Below, piece after piece: positions 12,026 to 24,430 of a stretch of DNA of 64,000 nucleotides. The stretch is from Octopus sinensis (taxonomy: Eukaryota): positions 72,354,001 through 72,418,000 of the forward strand of contig NC_043004.1 in assembly GCF_006345805.1 (NCBI RefSeq), in the 5' to 3' direction. Within the stretch, counting starts at the first letter, position 1, and the number at the start of each line of letters is the position of its first letter. A program made the position numbers and the translations under genes. The notes beneath the pieces are model-generated. The model was not told the origin of the DNA and made no database searches. It saw nothing but the letters and a program-made list of their open reading frames with translations.

Positions 12026-12588
12026 GTATATATTATCCTGTTTCTTTCTTACGTTTTTTTTAAGTAACACAATGATTTGATGATAAATGATTTCACTAAG
12101 TCACACTCAAAACTGAGGACAGAAACCAAGCAACCACGAGAAATTCATCCTTTATATAAATGATTGCAATAATTGCTTCTGTCTTATGCACAAGGTCAGC
12201 GATTTTGAGAGAAGGGAATAAATTGTGTAAGGGATTAGTGGATGTCTAAATATTCTGCCAGCTTGCCACCTAAGTATTCGTAACACACCACACTCCCTCA
12301 CACACACAGATACATACATATACATATAAACACACACGCGTATATATATATATATATATAAAGTTGTAAACATACCCGAAGGTTGTAAATCAGAGAAGAG
12401 CGACCCACATAGCACCTTTTCAATAACAACTATGGGCTCTATGTTTGAATTGGTGCGCACAGAGCCATGTAAATGTTGATGTGTTCGATTCCCAGTCGTT
12501 CGCCCATCTTTTCCAGTCAATTGTTTAGGTTTAGGTGCTCTAAATGGAGCATATATTATAATACAAATAATATATAACTATAGATACT

Positions 12589-12626
<38 letters not shown>

Positions 12627-12659
12627 TATATATATATATGTATGTATTTATATATATTG

Positions 12660-13071
12660 TTGTGCCTGGTGGAGAGTCATTCTCTTTTAGTGTCTTATTT
12701 AACACACTCAGCGATTCAGTTTCCACTCATTTATTATTGCAATTTGCAACCTTTTCAATAGACGTTAATATGTATATAATCAAAATAAGAAACAGGATAT
12801 CAAGAAGTGATGCAATACGACTGTTTCAAGCGACTCCATTTAATTGAACAATGCAATCATTACATCAATTCATATGCTTTCTTCCAAGGAATCTAGTGCT
12901 CTTAGCTTAGTTTTTTCATGGGGCTGGCCAGATTGGAGTAATCTCGAGTATACCCAGCAGAAATTGCAAAGATAATCTGGAACTCGACTGAGGATAAAAA
13001 ACTCCGAATGTCCCGTCCTTTTTTTCTTGGTATCGTCTGTCTGGATGTTTTGCACTTTTGTCCCATTTTTG

Positions 13072-13128
<57 letters not shown>

Positions 13129-13541
13129 TCTTGTGCCTGGTGGAGAGTCATTCTCTTTTAGTGTCTTATTTAACACACTCAGCGATTCAGTTCCACTCAT
13201 TTATTATTGCAATTTGCAACCTTTTCAATAGACATTGATATGTATATAATCAAAATAAGAAACAGGATATCAAGAAGTGATGCAATACGACTGTTTCAAG
13301 CGACTCCATTTAATTGAACAATGCAATCATTACATCAATTCATATGCTTTCTTCCAAGGAATCTAGTGCTCTTAGCTTAGTTTTTTCATGGGGCTGGCCA
13401 GATTGGAGTAATCTCGAGTATACCCAGCGGAAATTGCAAAGATAATCTGGAACTCGACTGAGGATAGAAAACTCCGAATGTCCCGTCCTTTTTTTCTTTG
13501 TATCGTCTGTCTGGATGTTTTGCACTTTTGTCCCATTTTTG

Positions 13542-13550
<9 letters not shown>
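12660..13550. repeat. Direct tandem duplication, about 470-bp period, with a partial third copy at 14270-14380
   Basis: TTGTGCCTGGTGGAGAGTCATTC... occurs at 12660 and 13131. The copies are near-identical and separated by (TA)n. Confidence 0.92.
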
Positions 13551-13592
<42 letters not shown>

Positions 13593-13602
13593 ATATATAT
13601 AT

Positions 13603-14022
13603 ATTAATAGTTATCGCCATACTAATATGGCAGTCTTATAATATAAGACTAAAGCTGTTGCTGATTATCTCCATGGGGCCATCGCCTCAAGCTAGCTATT
13701 TGACACACAACCTGCGTCCACTATAAACCTTCGAACAGGGGAGGTCAGCCGCTTCATCCTGCCAGTCAGACAGCTGCAGACATGTTTCAGGGTATTTGCC
13801 CTTTATCAATGCAGCGTAGTCAGACCCAGCAGGTGTCGCTACTGACTGTCCCTGTTCGAAGAATCTATTTACCTAGTTTCAGTGGAATACATCGACTTGT
13901 TTTCAATAATAGAAATATTAAAATTACAGCTTTAGTCTTATATTTATAAGACTGCCATATTAGTATGGCGATAACTATTAATTTCCAGTAACGCTGCCGT
14001 AATCTCCTTTAGAGAGACTTAG
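13603..14022 (-). mobile_element. Foldback (terminal inverted repeat) element with an apical hammerhead
   Basis: Inverted repeats ATTAATAGTTATCGCCATACTAATATGGCAGTC (13603) and its reverse complement (ending 13982). A 40-bp one-sided extension is shared with the element at 27611-28025. Confidence 0.8.
13773..13815 (-). ncRNA. Minimal type I hammerhead, U3:A8 core variant
   Basis: GCTGCA-TTGATAA-AGGG caaata CCCT-GAAAC-at-GTC-TGCAGC. It has a perfect 6-bp helix I, a 4-bp helix II, palindromic ACATGT helix III and a GUC site. Confidence 0.8.
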
Positions 14023-14040
14023 TAATTTTAATATTTCTAT

Positions 14041-14074
<34 letters not shown>

Positions 14075-14118
14075 AATATACATGTGTGTGTATGTATGTA
14101 TATATGTATGTATGTATG

Positions 14119-14152
<34 letters not shown>

Positions 14153-14849
14153 TGTATGTATGTATGTATGTATGTATGTATGTATGTATAAGAAATAACT
14201 GAATTTCAGTTGAATTATGTGTTTAAATTTGAGCGCCAAATCAGTCCGGTATTATACACACAGTTCGAAGGAGAATAAAATCAAAATAAGCAACAGGATA
14301 TCAAGAATTGATGCAGTATGACCGTTTCGAGCGACTCCATTTAATTGAACAATGCAAGCATTACATCAATTTATATGCAAAGCTATCATCAGCTGCACAA
14401 ATGAATAGAATTTTAATCAGTTGGACACATTAATATAATTTTTCTCAAATACTTTAACAGAGCAAGAAGATGGAAGAAATTCATGTTATCGCTATTGTAG
14501 CTAAGAATAGACTACACTCCCAGGAAAGGCATGAAGCCCACTGGGGTCATAGCTTGTATTTATCTATCCGCAGCAATGTACACATACACAAATATGCATT
14601 TATATGAATATAGCATAACCATCTCGCATAGACTTAAGCAATGAAAATTATCTATTTATGAAGAAGAAAGACAAGAATTTATAAGGGATAAGAGTTTAAT
14701 AGGTTCTGCACATATATGCATATATACACATATACAAATATTTATACGTTTACATGGATATAGTATAGCCATCTCGCATAGACCTAAGTAACTGAAAAAT
14801 ATCTATTTAAGAACAGTAACAACTTATAGGGGATAAGAGGTTAATAGGT

Positions 14850-15290
14850 AGGATATCAAAGTAAGAAAACAAAATAAGAATTCATAGAAAAACTTCCCTG
14901 CTTCACATAGATATAACAGAATTTTCCCTGTAAAACAGTTAGAACCTCGTATTCTACCTTCTCCAGTATGGGTACCATCATAACCAAGTTAAATAGAAAG
15001 AATATAAAATCGGCAAGAAGAGTTAATAATAATAATAATATTACTGTCAACACTAGCTAAAAACCTCTACAATGAGAACAATGTTAATGGTGATGTAGGA
15101 TTTAGAAACAACAGTACTAACACATCTAAGATGTACAATATAGACTGTAACTCCGAGGTTTATACTAGCACAGGGATTACTGACACAATGCCTGTTGATG
15201 CTGAGATTAAATTAAATGATACCACAGTTAAAGGAAGTATAAATAATAACAGAAATAAAATAACACACACGATATTAGCACTAGGAATAA
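14850..15290 (+). mobile_element. Penelope-like element ORF fragment (post-RT linker), upstream half
   Basis: NFPCKTVRTSYSTFSSMGTIITKLNRK resembles the PLE K.SYS....II..HN motif and runs into (AAT)n. Confidence 0.6.
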
Positions 15291-15295
15291 TAATA

Positions 15296-15344
<49 letters not shown>

Positions 15345-18300
15345 TATTATAACATAAATAACATCCAAAAAAATACAAAACATGAGGAAAGATCTGTCGA
15401 TTCTTAACGAAATTAATAGACAATCAACGCTACTAAGCAACAAAAAGAAAACAAAAATACGGTGCAAATGCAACATCACAGAAAAAGATTCACCTGAGAT
15501 TAAAGAAAAGCTAATGCAAGATATCCTTGCCAAAGCACAAAGGATGCACCGGTATGAGAAACGCCAACGTTTCTTTGAACAAAACAAACAGTTCAACTCC
15601 AACCCCAAAACGTTCTACCAAGAACTTGGAAAAAATAAAATAGACATCACTGCAACACCAACGGCAAAAGTGGAAGAATTCTGGAAAGAAATATGGTCGA
15701 CGAATGAACAACTACAGAAAAAGGGTATTAAAACAACAAACTTAGCATCTGAACAACTTTGGACCCCCATAACACTGAAGAGGTTACCCAGGCACTGCAA
15801 AGACTAAGCAATTGAAAAGGCACCACGGCACGACAAGATCCCCAACTTCTGGTTGGAATATCTTATAGGAATGCACAAAAAGCTGGCTGAAAACTTTAAC
15901 GACAAATTGGCAGAGCAAGAGACAATGCCTGAATGGCTCACGAAAGAGAAAACCATCTTAATCCACAAATCCAATGAAACGGCAAAACCACAAGACTACT
16001 GACCTATAACCTGTCTCCCTACAATGTACAAAGCCTTTACTGCAGTAATATCGCAAAGATTGAACAAGCACCTGGACAAAAACAACCTGTTTCCAGAAGA
16101 GCAGAAAGGATGCCGCAGGGGCTCATATGGCTGTAAAGATCAACTAATGATCAATAAAGCCATAACTGAAGACAGCCGCAGAAAGAAGAAAGGCCTCAGT
16201 ATGGCCTTGATCGGCTACCGAAAGGCGTTTGATAGCATTCCCTACACGTGGATCCTCGAAACACTAGCCATTAACGAGGTAGTGCCAACAATTATATAAT
16301 ACATACGACACTATGAATAAATGGCAGATAGTGCTACAGCTCCAAACAAAAGAGGGACTGGTGAAAACCAAAGCCATCCCCATTAGAAGAGGAATATTCC
16401 AGAGAGACACGCTCTCTCCACTCCTTTTCTGCTTGGCACTGACACCTCTATCTGATATGCTAAATAGAACTGGATGCGGATACAAATGTTACGGCAAAAC
16501 GATCAGCCACCTTTTCTATGTGGATGACCTAAAACTATACGCTACAAATGATAAACAGCTGGAAACACTACTACAGACAGTTCATGGATTTACCAAAGAA
16601 ATAGATATGAAATTTTGATTAGAAAAATGCGCCAAAGTAACCCTGAAAAGAGGGGAAGCTAGTTAAAAGTAGCAACATCACACTGGATAAAGCCAATGAA
16701 ATGAGAGAATTAGACCAAAGCCAAACTTACAAATATTTAGGAATCCATGAACTAGATATGATCCAACTCACACAAATGAAAGAGAAAATGAAGAAAGAAT
16801 ACAATAGACGAGAGTTAGATCAATACTAAAAACAGAGCTCAATGCTAAAAACAAGATAATAGGTATTAACACTTTAGCTGTTCCACTTATAAGTTACAGC
16901 TACAATATCCTTAACTGGAAGCTAAATGAACTAACCAAAATAGATAGAAAACAAGAAAAATAATGACAGGATCTAGGATGTTCCACCCAAAATCTAACAT
17001 AGAAAGGCTATAAATACAACGTATAAAAGGGGTAGATGCCTTATACAGCTGGAAAACTACTATAAAATAACCACCATAGGACTGCAAAAATATCTACTTC
17101 AGAGGCAAGGAAAACTTATACAAATAGCGGCAAAACACGAGCAAAACAAAAAAAACTGTTCTCAGTATTAAAGAAGCTGACAAATACAAACAAGAAATCA
17201 TACCACCTAACAATATGAAGAAAACGAAGACGAAGAAGAAGAAGAGAAGAAGAGAAGAAAAAGAAGAAGAAGAAGAACAACAACAACAACAACAACAACA
17301 ACACAACAAGAAGAAGAAGAGAGAAGAAGAAGAAGAAGAAGAACAAGAACAAGAACAAGAAGAAGAACAAGAACAAGAACAAGAACAAGAACAAGAACAA
17401 GAACAAGAAGAAGAAGAAGAAGAAGAAGAAGAAGAAAAAGAAGAAGAAGAAAGAAAGAACAAAGGCTATAAAACAAATGAAATCCAAACTAAAACTAGAA
17501 CAGCAACGGACCATGATAAAACGATGGCAAGAAAAGCCTCTTCATGGCAAATACTGGACTAAACTGAATGCAAAAGAAATAGACAAAGAAAAATCCCATC
17601 AAAGGTTGAGACGCTCAGAACTCAAAGCAGAGACGGGAGGATTTTTAATTGCAGCACAAGACCAAAGCCTTCCCACCAGAAATTACGAAAAACATATAAT
17701 GAAAAGAAACATAACAAGTAACTGCAGAATATGTGGAGATGGACAAGAAACAATAAATCATTATCTCTGGCTGTCCAGTCCTGGCTAAGAAGGAATATGT
17801 TCAGAGACACGACAGTGTTGAGACCTACATACACTGGAAGCTATGCCAACATTATGGAATAACAACAGAAAAAGATGGTGTAGGCACACACCAGAAAAGG
17901 TCACAGAAAACGAGAAAGCAACCATACTCTGGGATAGCCAATATACAGAGATAAAGAAATTAAGGCCAATACGCCAGATATAGTTGTCATAGATCATGAA
18001 GAAAATAAATGCTTTCTAATTGATGTATCAATACCAACCGACGGCAATGTGTCACTAAAAGAAATGGAGAAACTTTCAAAATACAAAGACCTGGAAATAG
18101 AGGTAACTCGAATGTGGAATCTAAAAACAGAAACAATTCCTATCATAGTAGGCGCATTAGGAATGATAAAAATAATATTCATACAAATACATAACAAAAA
18201 CACCAGGACTTACAAACACATATAACATACAGAAAATTGCACTACTGGGCACTGCACACATACTACGCAAAACCCTTTCAATACAGTAACTATCAGAGCA

Positions 18301-18382
18301 TCACAACAAATCACAGCTCATACCAAGGCACACAGAGCTGCGCTCGGTAGTGAAGTGAAAGCACGATATAAAAATAAGACTA

Positions 18383-18416
<34 letters not shown>

Positions 18417-18424
18417 TAATAATA

Positions 18425-18498
<74 letters not shown>
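15345..18498 (+). mobile_element. 5'-truncated R4/Dong-clade non-LTR retrotransposon (RT + CCHC + RLE endonuclease), disrupted
   Basis: Motifs YRPITCLPTMYK, EQKGCRRGSYGCKDQL, RKAFDS, RRGIFQRDTLSPLLF, YVDDLKLY, CRICGDGQETINH, PDIVVID...IDVSIP and KYKDLEIE. Ends in an (AAT)n tail at 18388-18498. Confidence 0.95.
17205..17460. repeat. (GAA)n/(CAA)n/(GAACAA)n compound microsatellite inside the Dong element
   Basis: Directly visible trinucleotide and hexanucleotide runs. Confidence 0.97.
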
Positions 18499-18499
<1 letters not shown>

Positions 18500-18900
18500 G
18501 GAATATCAGTGATATTAATAGTAGTAATGCCCTTGGTTGCAACTGTAGAGTTAAATCTCACTGTCCCTTATTAGGCCGATGTCTAATCCAAAGCGTAATT
18601 TATAAATGTACAATCATAACTGAGGCTGGTAACTTTGTATATATAGAATGTTCGATAAATATGAAAAAACGTATCAATAACCATATTTCAAACATAAAGC
18701 CAATTGTACGTCCTAATGTAGCAAGATTTGGGAACTGAAGGAAAGCGGGATCGAATTTAGCCTTAAATGGGATATAATACGGAAAGCGCAGTCTTATAGA
18801 GATAGTCGATACGAGTGTCAGCTGTGTTCTATAGAAACTTATGAGATTTTTAAGTATAGGGTCAAGAACAACCTGATTAATAATAGATTAGACCTAAGGG
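18499..18900 (+). mobile_element. Penelope-like element GIY-YIG endonuclease fragment, downstream half
   Basis: CNCRVKSHCPLLGRCLIQSVIYKC...VYI..MKKRINNH...WELK..LKWDII..CQLC. Confidence 0.85.
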
Positions 18901-19542
18901 TATCATGCGTGCATAGTGTCACCCATACATTTAAGTATTTTCGAAATTAGTGATTATAGGTGCCAAACTCGAACTTTGATGGTGGAAATTAATTTTGGTG
19001 TCGTATCCGTTGTAAACTTACCCTCTAGTATTAGATGTAATAAAATCATGGGGTATTGAGTTATATATGTAATAAAATCATGGGGTATTGAGTTATAAAT
19101 TGCATGTGTTATAAGCTATATGTTGTGGTATGCGATGTGCTATAGGAAAACCCCTGCCTAGTTAGTCTGACTTCATCATATTTTTGGTGATTACACCTTT
19201 TTCCCCTTTCTCTGATGTTCTACCCTACTGATCATATTATGTATATTTGCAATGGCTTTATGTAAGTAAATCTCCTTTCGACTAAATTATATACCCCGCT
19301 AGAAACTGTAATATCATTTATACAATAGCACGGTAACATTACAACTTATAATATATGTGCGTGTGTGTGTGCGTGTGTATGTGTGTGCGTGTGTGTGTGT
19401 GCGCGTGTGTGTGTATGTGTGTGTGCGCGCGTGTGTGTGTGTGGAAAGGTGGCAAAACTGATAAGAACAATCGTAAAAGACTTCATAATAAACTTTATAG
19501 AATTATGCTTAAACTCTCATTTCTCATATTTGTTAGTTTCAG

Positions 19543-19649
19543 TCAACCTTGCTTTGAAATTAGAAACAAATTCACGCAGAGCGGTCTAAGGCAATGGCTT
19601 CTGTTATGCGATGGTATGATGAAGTACTCACCAAAGGAGGCAGCTGCGG
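19543..19649 (+). CDS. Internal exon (D)QPCFEIRNKFTQSGLRQWLLLCDGMMKYSPKEAAA
   Basis: Acceptor TTTGTTAGTTTCAG and donor G|GTAATT. It is 107 nt, phase 2 to phase 1, and fits both neighbouring exons exactly. Confidence 0.75.
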
Positions 19650-19689
19650 GTAATTTTGTATTGTTAACTATTCTTATTGTGTGTGTGTG

Positions 19690-20100
19690 TAAGCATACAC
19701 ACATACACATACATACAAACATATATACATACATACATACATACCATACATACATACAAACATACATACATACATACATACATACATACATACAAACATA
19801 CATACCATATATACATACATACATACATACATACATACATACCATACCATACATACATACCATACATACAATATACATACCATACATACATACATACATA
19901 CATACATACCATACATACAAACATACATACCATACATACATACATACCATACATACATACATACATACATACATACATACCATACATACATATATACATA
20001 CATACATACCATACATACATACATACATACATACATACATACATACATACATACATACATACAAACAAACATAAATACGTAGGTACAGACATACATACAT
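19690..20100. repeat. (CATA)n compound microsatellite (similar tracts at 8940-9050, 14040-14190, 32835-33420, 37490-37640, 40060-40215)
   Basis: Directly visible tetranucleotide repeats. They account for many spurious IHTY/MYVC ORFs. Confidence 0.98.
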
Positions 20101-20148
20101 GCAGACATACGTATGAATGTGATTATTTATACGCCTTTTTTTAAACAG

Positions 20149-20282
20149 TGAAATATGATGGCAGAATTGATAATGTCGAACCTTATTGCTTTTCAGTAAG
20201 GTCAGCTCTTCTTGTCGAAAACAGATCAGACGCACGGAAATATTGCAGATTATTAGGTTGTGACGAAAACAAATCGAACAAG
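20149..20282 (+). CDS. Exon (V)KYDGRIDNVEPYCFSVRSALLVENRSDARKYCRLLGCDENKSNK
   Basis: Acceptor TTTTTTTAAACAG, and only the phase 1 frame is open. The donor is AAG|GTGAAT at 20283, or alternatively TCA|GTAAGG at 20196. Confidence 0.6.
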
Positions 20283-20286
20283 GTGA

Positions 20287-20347
<61 letters not shown>

Positions 20348-20426
20348 CGTGTGTGTGTGTGAACGTGTGTGTGTGTGAACGTGTGTGTGTGTGAATGTGT
20401 GTGTGTGTGAACGTGTGTGTGTGTGT

Positions 20427-21632
20427 GCTCCGAAAGAACCAAAATGGATTCAGACATGGGCGCTCAACGCTGAGCCAGATACTATGCCTACGCAGACTTA
20501 TTGAAGAATCAAAAGCATTTAATCGCGATCTTGCAATGGTATTTGTAGACTTTTCTAAAGCGTTCGATTCTGTAGATAGGTACAAGATGTTTGAAATCCT
20601 TAAGCTCTATGGGATACCAGACAAAATCATTTCTGCCATCAAGGTCCTCTACACAGATACGTCTTCAACCAGCTTAACCCCTGACGGAGAAACATCATCT
20701 TTCTCAATCAAAGCCGGAATACTGCAGGGAGACACACTCGCCCCATTTCTTTTCATCATTGTTGTTGATTATGTGCTACGTATGTCAGTTGATACCATCT
20801 CTGGCAAGGGCTTTGAAATAAAACCAAGAAGAAGTTCCAGACACCCAGCTGAGTACTTGACAGACACTGACTTTGCTGACAACATCGCTCTTATCAGTGA
20901 TTCTCTCTCCAATGCCCAGTCTCTTTTACAATCTCTTGAACAAGCCTCAAATTGTGTAAGTCTTTACCTCAATGAGACCAAAACTGAATACATAAACAAG
21001 TGCCTGTCCAACAGTGATTGCATCATCCATACTCTCAACAACGCGCCCTTAAATATGGTTTCTGATTATAAGTATCTTGGGTCATACATATCATCATCTG
21101 GAAAAGACTTTCTAACTAGAAAGGGTATGGCCTGGTCAACCTGTAATGACATGCATAAGATTTGGTCATCAAATCTAAGTAGAGACTTCAAACTTGAAAT
21201 ATTCAAAGCCACAGTCGAACCAATTCTACTATATGGCTCAGAAACCTGGACGTTATCAAAGAAGCTTGAGAGGCGGTTGGATGGAACCTACACTCGCCTC
21301 CTTATGAGAGCTCAAAATCTCTCGTGGAAGCGCCATCCAACCAAAATGCAAATATATGGGAAACTACCACCTGTGTCATCTCTTGTGAAAGGTAGGAGAG
21401 TCCAGTTTGCTGGACATTGTAGAGCTGAAAAAGAAGTAATTTCTACTCTTCTCCTCTGGAAGCCATCTACTCGCAATACCAGAGGGCGCACACTCTCCTA
21501 CCCTGATGTAATCTCCAGGGATACAGGCATCCAGCAACAGGACCTCCGTAATGCCATGATGGACCGTGAAGTCTGGCGTAGCATGGTAAATTCCATTGTC
21601 TCGACCACGGTCGAACAATGATGATGATGATG
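20427..21632 (+). mobile_element. 5'-truncated RTE-clade LINE (RT domain, about 400 codons open) with (TGA)n tail
   Basis: QNGFRHGRST, FVDFSKAFDSV, GILQGDTLAPFLF, FADNIAL and YKYLGS. Inserted in a (GT)n tract. Confidence 0.93.
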
Positions 21633-21780
21633 TGAACGCGTGAATGATGCGTTCTATTCTTGACCAAAACACATTTCACGTTGGTCTCTAATTATTTGTG
21701 GTTTACAGTGTCATTGTACAGCACAAGTATTTCATTCCCATTAACATATCATTTGTGCAGCATGTATATGTATAAGTGTG

Positions 21781-21820
<40 letters not shown>

Positions 21821-21878
21821 GTGTGTGTGTGTGTGTGGTGTGTGTGTGTGTGTGTGTGTGCGTGCGTGTTTATATATA

Positions 21879-23158
21879 TCGGGTTGTCCGGAAAGTTCGT
21901 GCCGATTTTTAAAGGAAAGAAAAAAGTCAATAAATTCTTGCCATTACCTTTTTAATCAACAAAATATGAGCCATTTTGTTGCACAATGCGTCTCCATCTT
22001 TCCTTTAACTTGAAAATACCCTCTTCCCAGAATTGAGGTGGTTTCATGGCAAATAATTCATCAAGGTATCTTTTCACATCATCCAAGGAATTGAAAGTTT
22101 TACCATTAAGACTATTCTGCAGAGACCAGAATAAGTGGAAATCCGAAGGAGCAATAACTGGTGAATATGGAGGATGGGGTAACACATCCCAGCCGAGCTG
22201 CAGCAATGTTTTTCTGGTTCCCAAAGAAACGTGCTGTCTTGCATTATCATGTTGGAAAACAACACCCTTCCTGTTGGCCAATTCTGGACGTTTCACTTGA
22301 ATTGGTGCTTTAAACTTGTCCGGTTGTGTGCAGTATTTCTCAGAATTAATTGTCTGGTTACTTGGGAGAAGCTCATAGTACAGAATTCCTTTCCAGTCCC
22401 ACCAGACACAGGCTCAGAGTACAGAATTCCTTCCCAGTCCCACCAGACACAAAGCAAGACTATTTTAGGTTGAAGACCCGCTTTTGGGGTGGTTACGCTT
22501 ACTTCAGGATCGTTTTCTCTGAACATTTTCGGTAGATAATCCATTTCTCATCACCTGTCACAATTTGCTTTCAAAAAGGCGCGTTTTCATTCCGTTTATA
22601 AAGCGAATCACAGATGGAAATGTGATCCAAAAGTTTCTTCTCACTCAACTCATGTGGTACCCAAACATCGTAGCGATTTGTGCACCCAAGCTTTACCAGG
22701 TGCTCAGGAACGACGGATTTTGATAGGTTGAGGCTTTCTGCCAATTCTCGGGTTGTGCAATGAGGGTTATTCTCTTGGTCATCATCTGTTGTGGATGGTC
22801 TGCCTGATCGCTCTTTATCAATAAGGCTACACTCTCCAGCTCGGAATCTTGCGAACCACTTGCGTGCAGTTCTTTCGGATAAAGAAACATCAACGTAAAC
22901 TGCGCATATTTCTTTGGTTGCATGTGAGGCATTTTTCCCTTTACAGAAAAAGAAAAGCATCAAGTGCCGAAAATGAACTTTCTTATCTTCCATTTTAAAG
23001 TGTAACAGAATTAACGCAGGTTATAGGAACATAAATCTTCTTCCACGAAAAGATAGCTTAAACTGTGTTCTAAATGGAGGTGTAGTCAAAGGTGTTTTTT
23101 ATGGACTCAACCATGTTCTAAAATAAGTCGAAAGGCAAGAACTTTCCGGACAACCCAA
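21879..23158 (-). mobile_element. Full-length mariner element (1280 bp), transposase disrupted
   Basis: TIRs T(C/T)GGGTTGTCCGGAAAGTTC with TA flanks. Motifs WVPHEL, TGDEKW, HDNARQH and PYSPVIAPSDFHLF. Contains frameshifts and a small internal duplication at 22380-22450. Confidence 0.95.
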
Positions 23159-23237
23159 TATATATGTATAGAGAGAGAGGGAGAGAGAGAGAGGGAGAGA
23201 GAGAGAGAGTGTGTGTGTGTATGTATGTATGTATGTA

Positions 23238-23286
<49 letters not shown>

Positions 23287-24049
23287 GGTGTTATGTATAG
23301 AAATTGGATATTGAGAAAATAAGTCGTTAGAATTTTGGAAAAAACATCTTTTTATTAGAAATATTACATTTCTAAATCTCTCGAAGGGAGTTATACAGTA
23401 ACAGGACGATAAAGTAATGGTTTGTTGCCAACTTAATGTGACAGTCCCATGAAAGGGAAGAATGCTACTGTTATTTAGCCCCATTATTAATAGCGCTTTC
23501 GTTCCTTTCTCAAACTTGTCAAATGAAATTTTGTGAATGTACAAACAGCTTGTTCATCTATATAACCCCCCCACCCAAAAAAAACATCTGTTTTATATAA
23601 ATGAACAAGCTCTTTGTACATTCACAAAATTTTATTTGAAAAATTCGGAAAAGGAACGAAAGCGCTAATAATAATAAAGAAATAAAAATCTTTTCCCCAA
23701 ATTCTGATGTCTTTTTTCTCAATGTGTGTGTGTGTGTGTCTGTGTGTGTGTCTGTCTGTCTGTCTGTCTGTGTGTCTGTGTGTGTGTGTCTGTGTGTGTG
23801 TGTGTGTGTGTCAGTGTGTGTGTGTGTGTGGTGTGGTGTGTGTGTACACACAAAATATGGGGGTTTAGTTCGCAGGTGATCTAAACGATTAGATACGCTA
23901 GGTAAGTACTGTAACGGATTACTAGGGGTCCAAGGTTATAGACGAAACGGTAGTTATTGAGCCATTGCGGATTTTCGATGCAGCAGATATAATTGTTAAA
24001 CAGGACAACAAACATTAAGGCAAAGTAAACATCTCAAGTAACATACAAT

Positions 24050-24430
24050 ATTATTATAGGAAGAAATTCAAAATCTTACAGCTGTTTCAGGGATATCCCC
24101 GAGTATGGGATATTATTCCATCATCAGAGAGAAATAGAAAAAAATAAGGAAAATGAGAATGGTATAAATTAATGAGATGACGACATAGTGGAATGGAGTC
24201 AAAGAATATGGAGACAGAAAGAGAGAAGAAAAAGGAAGCATGAAAGTTCATAGTTCAACTTTCCGAAGTTATAGAAGAAACCAGAGCATGAGTCCTTAGG
24301 TGCAATCCTGCGTAGATCTATGACGTAAGTTCTTAGGTGCAATCCTGAGTATATCCAGTTGGGTTAAATTCCTGATATAGTAGACATCCCAAGAAAAAAT
24401 GACGCGAACATATCAATGTTCAATAACAGA
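24050..24430 (-). mobile_element. Penelope-like terminal repeat with hammerhead (HHR 24074-24130)
   Basis: Minus strand TCT-CTGATGA-...ATATCCC/GGGATAT...-GAAAC-AGCT-GTA-AGA. Homologous to the inverted copy at 26640-26990. Confidence 0.72.

Noticed and set aside
14461-14580. Acceptor-like TTTAACAG followed by an open phase 0 frame
   Set aside because: The phase required after exon 11872-12025 hits a stop within 14 codons, and exon 19543 fits exactly without it.
17094-17562. Poly-E/Q, poly-S/C and poly-L/F ORFs
   Set aside because: These are reading frames of the GAA/CAA microsatellite inside the Dong element.
19355-20457. Long ORFs of 140-300 aa rich in IHTY/MYVC/HTHT
   Set aside because: These are translations of (CATA)n and (GT)n microsatellites. 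Only the embedded exons 19543-19649 and 20149-20282 are credible.
23876-23902. CGCAG...GTAAGT mini-exon signal
   Set aside because: Stop codons in all three frames, and it resembles a repeat also seen near 36870.
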